Program-made: the position numbers and the translations under genes
Notes under the pieces: generated by a model
The model's input: only the letters and a program-made list of their open reading frames with translations
Databases searched by the model: none
What the model was told of the DNA's origin: nothing
DNA from: Cyanobacteriota bacterium
Lineage (GTDB): Bacteria > Cyanobacteriota > Vampirovibrionia > JBFMGH01
DNA: 59,375 nt
Direction of reading: 5' to 3'
NCBI GenBank assembly: GCA_040752795.1
Contig: JBFMGH010000646.1
Coordinates: 1-59,375, forward strand
Shown: piece by piece, positions 16,606-24,967 of the stretch
How the letters are laid out: every line of letters begins with the position of its first letter
Position numbering within the stretch: position 1 is the first letter of the stretch

Positions 16606-18035
16606 CTTTCATACCTCCTTAAGAATTCTTCCCAGCCCGTTGGCGTTTTATTAGGAAGATTAGTTGCCTGTGGAGCATTGTTAACATTGGTACTCACAGG
16701 CACAGGTAAAGGTTGTGTTGCAGTGTTTGCAGCTGGTTGGGCCTTGTTTTCAGTGCTTGAGAATGCTACTTTATCACTGTTGCCTTTGCTATCTTTGCTT
16801 AATCCAGCTAACCCAGGGAATTCTTCTTTGCCGGTGATTTTTTTAGTCATCCAGACAACGAATTTTGGTAGTAACATTAAGAAAGCAAGTACTAAGACAA
16901 AAGGTAATACTACTTTTGCAATTTTGAGTGTTCTGGTAGATTTAATTATTTTATCTACTTCACCGCGCATTTTATCTATGCCAATGTTGTCTACACCTTT
17001 AGCAGCTTTGGCTATTACGTCATCAGTGGCTGTAAATACATCTCTGACAACTATACCAGCATTTGTGGTGATTGGTTTAGCTCCTTTAACAGCTAGAGTA
17101 ACTTCAGTTTCTTTAAGGTGTTTGGTCATTTTAGGTAATAATTTATTAATAAAGGCAGTGACGCCTTTTTCTCTGTTGGCCATAAGAGATTTTTTAACTG
17201 CTGTTTCAGTTGTCTGCGTCAGTCCTTTTAAGGATTCTTTAGCTAATTTAGCAGCTTCTTTTGTTAATGCTGCCATGTCAGGGTTGGCGATGCCCTTAGC
17301 AGCAGCTTCTTTAAGAAGTGTGCCCTTGGCTGCTTCAAATGCAGTTTTAAATTCGCTTCTCAGCTGAGATCTGGCAAATTGTGATGCTGTTTTATCTATG
17401 TTGGCGTGTTTAAATGTGTTACCAACTTCTCTTACTACATCATCAATCAAATCAGCAGAAAGTTTTAAAGGTTTATCAGCAACGCTTGAATAAGCTCTAA
17501 CATCTTCTAGCAAACCTTTTGCAACCATTTTTCTTAGTTCATTAACAGAAATGGTCTTATTACCAGCAAGTGCCTGGGTTTTAAGAATATCCTGAACTTT
17601 TAACTCGATTGCTTTTAATGTATCAAAGTTTGTAAAGGCTTTAGTATTTACGCCTAATGGGTTAAGCTTACTATCCAGTAATTTTTGACCCACCTTGTTA
17701 AAGACGTAACCAGGCCCTAAGTATAAGCCAACACTGGCCAATGATTGATTGGTTAACATTTCACGACCAGCATCCCAGTTGAGATGGCCTAGTTCCTTTT
17801 TATTTCTGTTCAGCTCAATCAACGTTCTTGGGGTAATCATACCCAATACGTCAATAGTTGCCAAAGAAAGAATAGGATTATTTTCTAAAGCCGTTAATAT
17901 TTTGGTTACTGGAACCCCTTTGAAGCTTACACTATCACCCTGAGAGGACTTTGCCCTGTGAGCAGGATAGCCCATTTGTTTAAGGGGCTTTTCTTGATAG
18001 TTATTAGCTTTTGATAATACGCTATTTAAATACAT
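16602..18035 (-). CDS. Hypothetical protein with a long Ala/Lys-rich helical region and a C-terminal TM
   Basis: 477-aa ORF. The central amphipathic A/K/E/T-rich helices (KTAFEAAKGTLLKEAAAKGIANPDMAALTKEAAKLAKESLKGL) are followed by a TM segment (VVLPFVLVLAFLMLLPKFVVW) and a P/Q/N/T-rich tail. No family recognised. Confidence 0.5.
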   Translation of the reverse strand: MYLNSVLSKANNYQEKPLKQMGYPAHRAKSSQGDSVSFKGVPVTKILTALENNPILSLATIDVLGMITPRTLIELNRNKKELGHLNWDAGREMLTNQSLASVGLYLGPGYVFNKVGQKLLDSKLNPLGVNTKAFTNFDTLKAIELKVQDILKTQALAGNKTISVNELRKMVAKGLLEDVRAYSSVADKPLKLSADLIDDVVREVGNTFKHANIDKTASQFARSQLRSEFKTAFEAAKGTLLKEAAAKGIANPDMAALTKEAAKLAKESLKGLTQTTETAVKKSLMANREKGVTAFINKLLPKMTKHLKETEVTLAVKGAKPITTNAGIVVRDVFTATDDVIAKAAKGVDNIGIDKMRGEVDKIIKSTRTLKIAKVVLPFVLVLAFLMLLPKFVVWMTKKITGKEEFPGLAGLSKDSKGNSDKVAFSSTENKAQPAANTATQPLPVPVSTNVNNAPQATNLPNKTPTGWEEFLRRYER

Positions 18036-18361
18036 AAGTGGTTGTCTCTCTTTAAAAAAGAATCATATTAGTGTGTTGTGAAATATTCTAAATTAACGTG
18101 TATTAATCCCTTATTTAATATACTTTTATGGGTTAAAACTAATGAAAAAGTAAAGTTGACACTAAGTATATTTAAATTAATACAAATATTTACATTTTTT
18201 GATAATAAAGTATTAATTTGGTTTTACCCAAAATCAGTAGAAACAGTATAATAAATCCCAACGTTGGAGGTAAATATATCATGGAAAAAATTTAATTACT
18301 TTGTTTTTGAAGATTATTTTACATAAGATGTAGTAGAAGTTTACAAATCAGGAGAAATTAA

Positions 18362-19237
18362 TTGGAAACTTTTTATGACTGTATACCGTGCTTTATAAAG
18401 CAAACTCTGGATGTTTCCCGGATGAGTTCACCTGAAAATGAAAAACTTCATGGGGAAATATTAAAACAAGCAATGCAAGAAATTCTTAATTTAGAAATGA
18501 GTACTCCTCCTCCTGTGGTAGCTTCAAGACTTCATAGAATTATCAAAAAAATGACAGGCAATTATGATCCATACAAGGTTGTTAAAGATAGATTTAATAA
18601 TGAGGCTTTAGACCTGTATGATGATTTAAAACGTCTTATAGAAGATTCAGCCAGGCCCTTTGAAACAGCTGTAAAAATTGCTATTGCAGGTAATATAATT
18701 GATTTTGGTCATATGCCCACAACTCAGGATTTTGATTTGAAAAAATCTGTTAAAGAAGTGCTGGAACAAAACCCGGTTATTAACCATATTGACTATCTTA
18801 AAGAAAACATTGATAAAGCGAAAAAAATTCTTTATATTGCTGATAATACAGGTGAGATAGTTTTTGACAGGGTTTTTATTGAGTATATTATGCCCAAAAA
18901 AATAATATATGCTGTTAGAAAATATCCTATTATAAATGATGCAAACTATGAAGATGCTGAATATGTAGGTTTGACAGATATAGTTAAAGTTATTGATAAT
19001 GGAACTGATGTTCCGGGAACATATTTACAGGAGTGCAGTCTTGAATTTAAAAAAGAGTTTGACTCTGCTGATCTGATAATTTCTAAAGGTCAGGGTAATT
19101 ATGAAACACTGGGAGATGAAGACTATAATATTGTATTTTTGTTAAGGGCTAAATGCCTTTGCGTTTCAAGAGATATTGGGTGTAAATTAAACGACATTGT
19201 TGTTATATCAAAGAAATATGTTAAAGCAGCAGTATAG
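18362..19237 (+). CDS. DUF89 (ARMT1-like damage-control phosphatase) family protein
   Basis: 291-aa ORF with a TTG start. The N-terminal DCIPCFIKQTL and later DNTGEIVFD and KGQGNYETL are hallmark DUF89 motifs. Confidence 0.7.
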   Translation: METFYDCIPCFIKQTLDVSRMSSPENEKLHGEILKQAMQEILNLEMSTPPPVVASRLHRIIKKMTGNYDPYKVVKDRFNNEALDLYDDLKRLIEDSARPFETAVKIAIAGNIIDFGHMPTTQDFDLKKSVKEVLEQNPVINHIDYLKENIDKAKKILYIADNTGEIVFDRVFIEYIMPKKIIYAVRKYPIINDANYEDAEYVGLTDIVKVIDNGTDVPGTYLQECSLEFKKEFDSADLIISKGQGNYETLGDEDYNIVFLLRAKCLCVSRDIGCKLNDIVVISKKYVKAAV

Positions 19238-19766
19238 ATTTCTTTTAATAGTAATATTTGTTGCATTATTAATGTTACCCTTAGCTTTATATGCTCAGGT
19301 TGATACTGTTCGCCCTGATGAAAAGCCTTCAGAACCGACTAAAAAATCAGAATTGTCTTTAGACCTTCATATAAGAGATGGTATATGTCGCAATACTAGC
19401 CCTGTAATGATTGATTTAATATTTAAAAACAGTTCAATACAACCTCAAAAATTATGCATATATAACTTTTATGAATCTTTAATAAAACTTGATATCAGAA
19501 GCTCCAGTGGAAAGAAGTTAGAGTTTAATCCAAAATTGGTTAAAGCTGATAAAATAACAGAAGATGATTGGGTTATTATACCTCCGGGTAGAGCTTATAA
19601 GAGAACTTTTAGTCTTACCAGAAGAGTTATAGACGCTACTGGTTATAGAATTGCTCCGGATAATTATAGTGTTAAAGCTTTTTATGAGGGATGTGCCAAG
19701 TTTGATCCTGCAATTCCGGATCAAAAAATCGAATCTAATTGGTTATATTTGCTTATTACTGACTAA
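19218..19766 (+). CDS. Secreted hypothetical protein
   Basis: I trimmed the start to Met8 (MLKQQYRFLLIVIFVALLMLPLALYAQ), which gives a canonical signal peptide. It overlaps the DUF89 stop by 20 nt. Confidence 0.5.
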   Translation: MLKQQYRFLLIVIFVALLMLPLALYAQVDTVRPDEKPSEPTKKSELSLDLHIRDGICRNTSPVMIDLIFKNSSIQPQKLCIYNFYESLIKLDIRSSSGKKLEFNPKLVKADKITEDDWVIIPPGRAYKRTFSLTRRVIDATGYRIAPDNYSVKAFYEGCAKFDPAIPDQKIESNWLYLLITD

Positions 19767-19843
19767 CTAATATACTCCAAAATAACGATTATAAAATTTG
19801 TTGTAATAAATTATAATAATAATGGAGACATTAAACTTCATAA

Positions 19844-20029
19844 GTGTTATTTATGGTAAAAAAATGGCTTATAGCATTAATAATGATACTTGTCCTCGTT
19901 GCAGCCGGGGGATATTGTGCCTATGTCGATAAGCAACAGAAAGATGAATGGACACAACGCTCAGAAAATCTTTTAAAAATTAAAAAATATCCTAAAAAAG
20001 CTATTCAAAAGAAAAATTTGTTTGAATAA
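19844..20029 (+). CDS. Small membrane protein (hypothetical)
   Basis: 61-aa ORF, more likely starting at ATG 19853. It has one TM (WLIALIMILVLVAAGGYCAY) and is followed by a strong terminator. Confidence 0.3.
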   Translation: MLFMVKKWLIALIMILVLVAAGGYCAYVDKQQKDEWTQRSENLLKIKKYPKKAIQKKNLFE

Positions 20030-20070
20030 GAATATATTTTCAGGGATTTATTAATAAATAAGTTTAAAAA

Positions 20071-20109
20071 TTGTCAGGCCTTTATTTTAAAAAGGCCTGA
20101 CAATTTTTA
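20071..20109 (+). terminator. Rho-independent terminator
   Basis: A perfect 10-bp stem, TTGTCAGGCC (20071-20080) with GGCCTGACAA (20094-20103), is followed by TTTTTAA. Confidence 0.8.
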
Positions 20110-20224
20110 ATGATAATTCCTGAAATAGCTTGCTATGAGAGGTTTTAGAGAGCCAGTAGACTTCTTCTTTTCGTAATTGATATAGAACAAATATTAAGAA
20201 ATGCAAAATCAATTTGTGAAATAC

Positions 20225-20252
20225 TTAATTTTCATGAGCATTTTGACGATAT
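20225..20252 (+). promoter_or_regulatory. Candidate sigma-28 (FliA) promoter of the flagellin gene
   Basis: TTAATTTT-N12-GACGATAT has the same spacing and -10 core as the fliS-upstream site at 21938-21965. It resembles the TAAAGTTT-N11-GCCGATAA consensus. Confidence 0.45.
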
Positions 20253-20412
20253 ATAAAATACATACTAGGTGAGGTCAGTATGATCTTATTATAGGGCGGT
20301 TTTATTGCTTTTTAGCCGTTTAGACAGCTGATCTTTATTAAGGGACGATTAACAACTCACAAAGTACACCATCAATCATGAAACATACTAAGCGATCGGA
20401 GGACCATGTAAT

Positions 20413-21267
20413 ATGGCTTTGAGTTTTGGCAGTATTCAATCGTCGATGTTGAATAGAAATCTTATGACCAACACTCGTCGATTGGGCACATCATTGGAGA
20501 GACTATCGACAGGGTATAGAATCAATAGAGCTTCAGACGATGCAGCGGGATTAAGTATTTCAGAAACATTAATTACACAGATTAGAGGTTACGAACAAAG
20601 TATTCGTAACGCTCAGGATGGTTATAGCATGTTATCAGTAGCTGAAGGTGCTACATCCACAATTTCTGAGAATTTGCAAAGAATTAGAGAGTTAACAGTA
20701 CAGGCTGGTAATGATACACTTGGTTCGTCAGAAAGAGATGCTATAAATGCAGAAATAAACCAGAGACTAGAAGATATCGATAGAATTTCGGAATCGACTC
20801 AGTTTAGCGGAGTACAACTTTTAAGTGAAAATGCTCCGGCAAATTTTGTGCTTCAAATAGGCCCTAATGCAACTGCAAATGATTCTTTAGATGTGGCCAG
20901 TGCATTAGGTGATGCGGGTGCGACGGCTCTTGGATTGACGGTTCCTGGTAATGTGGATCTTTCTGATGCTGCAGCTGCAACTAGCTTTTTAACTACTGTT
21001 GACAGTGCTATATCTACACTCAGTAGCAGAAGGTCAACTTTAGGAGCTTTCCAGAATCGTATAGATAGTGTAATAGATAACTTGAGTACGGCAGCGATGA
21101 ACGTTTCTGCTGCAAACTCGAGGATAAGAGATACAGATATAGCGACGGAAACATCGAATTATGTGAGGTATTCATTGCTACAGCAATTTGATGTTTCCTT
21201 GATGGCCCAGGTTAATAATAACATGGCATCGATATCACTGGGCTTGATAAATTCTTTAAACCGATAA
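20413..21267 (+). CDS. fliC: Flagellin
   Basis: 284-aa ORF with conserved flagellin termini: LSTGYRINRASDDAAGLSISE (N-terminus) and ANSRIRDTDIATETSNYVRYSLLQQ (C-terminus). GGAGGA lies 9 nt upstream of the ATG. Confidence 0.92.
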   Translation: MALSFGSIQSSMLNRNLMTNTRRLGTSLERLSTGYRINRASDDAAGLSISETLITQIRGYEQSIRNAQDGYSMLSVAEGATSTISENLQRIRELTVQAGNDTLGSSERDAINAEINQRLEDIDRISESTQFSGVQLLSENAPANFVLQIGPNATANDSLDVASALGDAGATALGLTVPGNVDLSDAAAATSFLTTVDSAISTLSSRRSTLGAFQNRIDSVIDNLSTAAMNVSAANSRIRDTDIATETSNYVRYSLLQQFDVSLMAQVNNNMASISLGLINSLNR

Positions 21268-21298
21268 TTTTGTGAGTGAAATGATGGTGGTTGTACAG

Positions 21299-21328
21299 GC
21301 TGGTAAATTTACCAGCTCTTTTTATTTT
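21299..21328 (+). terminator. Rho-independent terminator after flagellin
   Basis: The palindrome GCTGGTAAATTTACCAGC (21299-21316) is followed by TCTTTTTATTTT. Confidence 0.8.
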
Positions 21329-21467
21329 GTTGGTATTTTTATTTATGAATACAACTTAAAATTAATGTTAAGCTTATTTTTGATCTTACAAAAATGACTG
21401 TTAATTTTGCTAAATGCCATTTATAATAATATTTAGAGGTTAAATTGAATAAGGAATATTAATATCT

Positions 21468-21887
21468 ATGCCATTAGAAGGTATATCAAATCCAGGACCT
21501 CTTATGCCTAATCAACATCTTGCAGAAGCTCATACTCTAGGAGCTTTTGAATCAAGGGTTGAGCAGAATGAAATGATTAAAAAAGCAAACGATGAAGATG
21601 AGTCTGGAAAAGATTCTCAAGAAGATGATAACGAAGATCAAGATAGCCAGGATAATCTTTATAAAGAGGAGTTAGATGGAACAACAAGCCTTTATCGTAA
21701 TACAAGTGAAGGTGTAAGTGATAAGTCTATTGGATATACCCTTAAGTTTAACAGGTATACTGAACTTGTAGAGCTTGTAGATCTTAAAACTGGTGATCTC
21801 ATACAGGCAATACCCCCTAAGGATCTTATAGATCTTGTTTCTAAATTGAGATACAGATCTGGACTTTTTGTAGACAACAAAGCTTAG
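21468..21887 (+). CDS. flaG: Flagellar protein FlaG
   Basis: 139-aa ORF. The acidic N-terminal half is followed by the FlaG-type C-terminus: LKFNRYTELVELVDLKTGDLIQAIPPKDLIDL. Confidence 0.65.
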   Translation: MPLEGISNPGPLMPNQHLAEAHTLGAFESRVEQNEMIKKANDEDESGKDSQEDDNEDQDSQDNLYKEELDGTTSLYRNTSEGVSDKSIGYTLKFNRYTELVELVDLKTGDLIQAIPPKDLIDLVSKLRYRSGLFVDNKA

Positions 21888-21937
21888 AGAGTGTCTCATC
21901 TAAATGGATGATTTTTTAAAAAAGCTGGAAAAAGTTC

Positions 21938-21965
21938 TAAAGTTTTAATGAAATTATGACGATAC
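21938..21965 (+). promoter_or_regulatory. Candidate sigma-28 (FliA) promoter upstream of fliS
   Basis: TAAAGTTT (21938-21945)-N12-GACGATAC (21958-21965). The -35 is identical to the sigma-28 consensus TAAAGTTT. Confidence 0.5.
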
Positions 21966-22035
21966 AAGTTATAGTTAATATTTCTTTACATTCTTAATTG
22001 AATGATCTTACTAATCCTGTGGGGAAAAGGAGATT

Positions 22036-22473
22036 ATGAATCCGTATTTAAACCAGTATAAAAAGGCTCAAGTTCAAACTGCTAGCCCAGAGCAGATATT
22101 AATAATGCTCTATGACGGAGCTATCAGGTTTTTGAATCAGGCGAAAGTTCACATAGCAAACAAAGATATTGAGCAGTCTCACGTTAATATAGTTAAAGCC
22201 CAGCGTATCATTACAGAATTTATGTCTAGTTTAGATATGGATATGGGCGGTGAGATGGCTGTTAATTTATTTAATCTGTACGAATATTTGCATTATAGGT
22301 TAGTTCAGGCTAATATTAAAAAGGATGTTGAAGCTCTTGATGAGGTATTAGGACACCTCAGAAGCCTTAAAGCCACTTGGGAAGAAGCTATAAAAATAGC
22401 TGCCAAAGAAAAAGAAGAGGCTGTAGGTGGAGATGAATATCCTGGTAGTAGCTCTGTATACGCCTCAGCGTAA
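22036..22473 (+). CDS. fliS: Flagellar export chaperone FliS
   Basis: 145-aa ORF. YKKAQVQTASPEQILIMLYDGAIRFLNQAK is the canonical FliS N-terminus. AGGAG lies upstream. Confidence 0.9.
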   Translation: MNPYLNQYKKAQVQTASPEQILIMLYDGAIRFLNQAKVHIANKDIEQSHVNIVKAQRIITEFMSSLDMDMGGEMAVNLFNLYEYLHYRLVQANIKKDVEALDEVLGHLRSLKATWEEAIKIAAKEKEEAVGGDEYPGSSSVYASA

Positions 22474-22835
22474 TGCAAGAAAAAATTTTAGATACATACA
22501 ACAAGATACTTGAATATACTTTAAACATTAAAGCTGCCATTGAAGAGGAAAAATGGGAGCGAGTTAATCTATTGGCTTCTCATAGAGAAAAATTGTTTCA
22601 AGAAACAAACGCTTTTCTTATGGGTAAGAATGAAGTAGAGGAATCTTTAAAGAAGAAAATATTTGAAATTTTGACTGAAATTAAATTAATTGATGATGCT
22701 AATATTGAAGCTATAAACCAAAGCAAAGTTGCATTAGATAAGTCTAAGGTTAAAATGAAGGTAGGGCATAAAATGTTAAAAGCATATCAGTCAATGCCTG
22801 ATTTTTATAAAGGTAGGTTTGATAAATCAACTTAA
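22473..22835 (+). CDS. FliT-like flagellar chaperone (tentative)
   Basis: 120-aa helical ORF whose start overlaps the fliS stop (TAATG). AAIEEEKWERVNLLASHREKLF resembles the FliT signature (E-x-W-D/E-x-l ... R-x-x-L). It sits in the usual fliS-fliT position. Confidence 0.45.
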   Translation: MQEKILDTYNKILEYTLNIKAAIEEEKWERVNLLASHREKLFQETNAFLMGKNEVEESLKKKIFEILTEIKLIDDANIEAINQSKVALDKSKVKMKVGHKMLKAYQSMPDFYKGRFDKST

Positions 22836-22837
22836 GA

Positions 22838-23884
22838 GTGTGTTTGATGAATAGTTCTGATAACTTGTCTTCTATTATATTACAGAATTTAGGTGTTGGT
22901 ATTTATGCTGTAAGTCCTGATATGAACTTATTCTGGATTAATAGCGAGATTAAAGATTGGTTTATTGGTAATGATACTTCTTTTGATAATAAAAAATGCT
23001 ATGAATATATTTTTTCAAGAGATATGCCATGCAATAACTGCCCTGTTATAAGACTTTCTAAGCCTAATAAAATAGAAGTTTCTACAATTCAACTTGCATC
23101 ATGGGCAGGGAAAAAGAGACAATATAGATTTAGAGCAAAATATTTAGACTCTGATCAGAAAATTGTAATGGTTATGGATGTAACAGACCAGTTTGAAATA
23201 GAAAGAATGCGCGAAGATTTTGTTGCAACTTTAACGCATGATCTAAGAACACCCTTGCTTGCTGAATTTAGAACACTTGATTTGCTTACTAAAGGTATTT
23301 TTGGATCATTAAATGAAAAGCAGATGGAAGTTCTTGAAGCTATGTTAATAAGTAATAGAGATCTTCTGTCGATGGTTAAAAACTTGTTAGAAGTTTATCG
23401 CTATGAAGCAGGGGCAAAAATTTTAAGCAGTCAGAGTTTTGATTTGTCTCAACTGGTTGAAGAATGTCTTTTTGAGTTGTCTCCTCTTGCTGAAACAAAA
23501 AATATTGAACTTTCTTCAGATGTGCCTGAAATATTACCTCTTGTACTTGCTGATAAGAGAGAAATATGGAGGGTTTTAACTAATCTTATAGGTAATGCTA
23601 TAGAATATACACAAGAAAATGGTAAGGTATGGGTAAATATATCTTTTGTAAAAGATTATATGCTTGTTGAAGTAGGTGATACAGGTAGAGGAATACCGGA
23701 ATCTGAACTTGAACATCTCTTTCAGCGGTTTTCTCAAGGAACATCTGAAAATATATCTTCTGGTACAGGACTCGGGTTATATTTATCCAAACAAATAGTA
23801 CAGGCTCATAATGGTAAAATATGGGCAGAAAGTCATCCAGGAAAAGGCAGTCAATTCTACTTTACGCTGCCAATAAATATTTAG
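22838..23884 (+). CDS. Cytoplasmic sensor histidine kinase (PAS-like, HisKA, HATPase_c)
   Basis: 348-aa ORF without a TM segment. It has the H-box FVATLTHDLRTPL, the N-box LTNLIGNAIEYT, and the G-boxes DTGRGIP and GTGLGL. The true start may be ATG at 22847. Confidence 0.8.
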   Translation: MCLMNSSDNLSSIILQNLGVGIYAVSPDMNLFWINSEIKDWFIGNDTSFDNKKCYEYIFSRDMPCNNCPVIRLSKPNKIEVSTIQLASWAGKKRQYRFRAKYLDSDQKIVMVMDVTDQFEIERMREDFVATLTHDLRTPLLAEFRTLDLLTKGIFGSLNEKQMEVLEAMLISNRDLLSMVKNLLEVYRYEAGAKILSSQSFDLSQLVEECLFELSPLAETKNIELSSDVPEILPLVLADKREIWRVLTNLIGNAIEYTQENGKVWVNISFVKDYMLVEVGDTGRGIPESELEHLFQRFSQGTSENISSGTGLGLYLSKQIVQAHNGKIWAESHPGKGSQFYFTLPINI

Positions 23885-24054
23885 TTCCCTTTACTATATT
23901 GTTTAAAAACTATATACATACCCGCAAACATCCCTATTATAGAGAAAACAATGGCTATAATAGGTGTGGTAGAAATCATTTTATCTATGTATAATCCTAG
24001 AAAGAATCCGATTATTACTGGAATTAATAATTTAACTGCAATTTCTATAAGCAT
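23881..24054 (-). CDS. Unannotated small ORF: AtpZ/AtpI-like two-TM protein (57 aa)
   Basis: Hand translation gives MLIEIAVKLLIPVIIGFFLGLYIDKMISTTPIIAIVFSIIGMFAGMYIVFKQYSKGN. The motif G-x-x-L-G-x-x-h-D-K-x-x-x-T-x-P plus a second helix with G-x-x-x-G matches the AtpZ/ATPase_gene1 family. Its ATG is 1 nt after the upstream stop. Confidence 0.5.
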   Translation of the reverse strand: MLIEIAVKLLIPVIIGFFLGLYIDKMISTTPIIAIVFSIIGMFAGMYIVFKQYSKGN

Positions 24055-24055
24055 T

Positions 24056-24925
24056 CTAGTTTTGAATTTTCTCTTTTTTACTAAACTTAAGTTTTTTAAT
24101 TAAAGCACTGCCTGTTAAAATTATACGTTCTCCTGCAACTGAATTTACGGATGTTGCTTTTATTTCTACATCTTCTTTTATTTTGTCTTCTTCTTTTTGT
24201 ATTATAGAAAGTAATTTATCATTTATTATACCTGAAACTTCTTTGGGTAATGCGAGGCCAGAGGTTATAATGTTAGGAGATACCATAACCAGCTTGTTAT
24301 TAATTACGGCTAATTCTGTTGTGAATGTTACAGGAAACCCGACCATATTTCCGAGAGTGGCTAACATGTCTATTTGTATCATGTTATTGGTTAATATCTT
24401 ACACCTGGGCTCCATAAAGCTAATAAGCCCACTGTCCAGTTGTATTCCAAACTTTTTAATTTTGACTTGAGATAGTTTTGATAATTTTTCCAGAGTTTTA
24501 GGTCTATTTAGTATTGCATTTAAACCATTTTCAGAAAGTACAATGCTTGCTTTAGCTTCAACAGGATATTTAAGAATTAGTTCCTGATTTGATAAAAGGT
24601 TTTCAGAGTAAAAAGAAATATCATCCAGTTTAAAAGCTATTTGGTCAAGTAATATAGATTTGTTCTGATATCCTGAGCAGATTACTTGTAAACTTTGTAT
24701 CTTGCCAGTTTCAAAATTGGCTCCATTAGCAGTAATATCAAGGTTGCCTATATGAGATTTTTTGAAAGATGCATTATTTAGTTGAATCTTTAAACCATTA
24801 ATTACTGCTGTATCCATTTGAGAGAAAACCTTGTTTTCATCTATCTGTGTTAATACTAAGAAAAGTAGAATTATAAAACTCAATAAAAAAGTTCTGTATC
24901 TTTTTAATAGCTTGTCTGGTTTCAT
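24056..24925 (-). CDS. Membrane-anchored hypothetical protein, possibly LmeA/DUF2993-like
   Basis: 289-aa ORF with an N-terminal anchor (FLLSFIILLFLVLT) and beta-rich repeats of the kind IGNLDITANGANFETGKIQSLQVICSG. Family assignment is weak. Confidence 0.4.
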   Translation of the reverse strand: MKPDKLLKRYRTFLLSFIILLFLVLTQIDENKVFSQMDTAVINGLKIQLNNASFKKSHIGNLDITANGANFETGKIQSLQVICSGYQNKSILLDQIAFKLDDISFYSENLLSNQELILKYPVEAKASIVLSENGLNAILNRPKTLEKLSKLSQVKIKKFGIQLDSGLISFMEPRCKILTNNMIQIDMLATLGNMVGFPVTFTTELAVINNKLVMVSPNIITSGLALPKEVSGIINDKLLSIIQKEEDKIKEDVEIKATSVNSVAGERIILTGSALIKKLKFSKKEKIQN

Positions 24926-24967
24926 CTATTATTCCTTTTCTTTCATTTGAACGGATAATTGATCATG

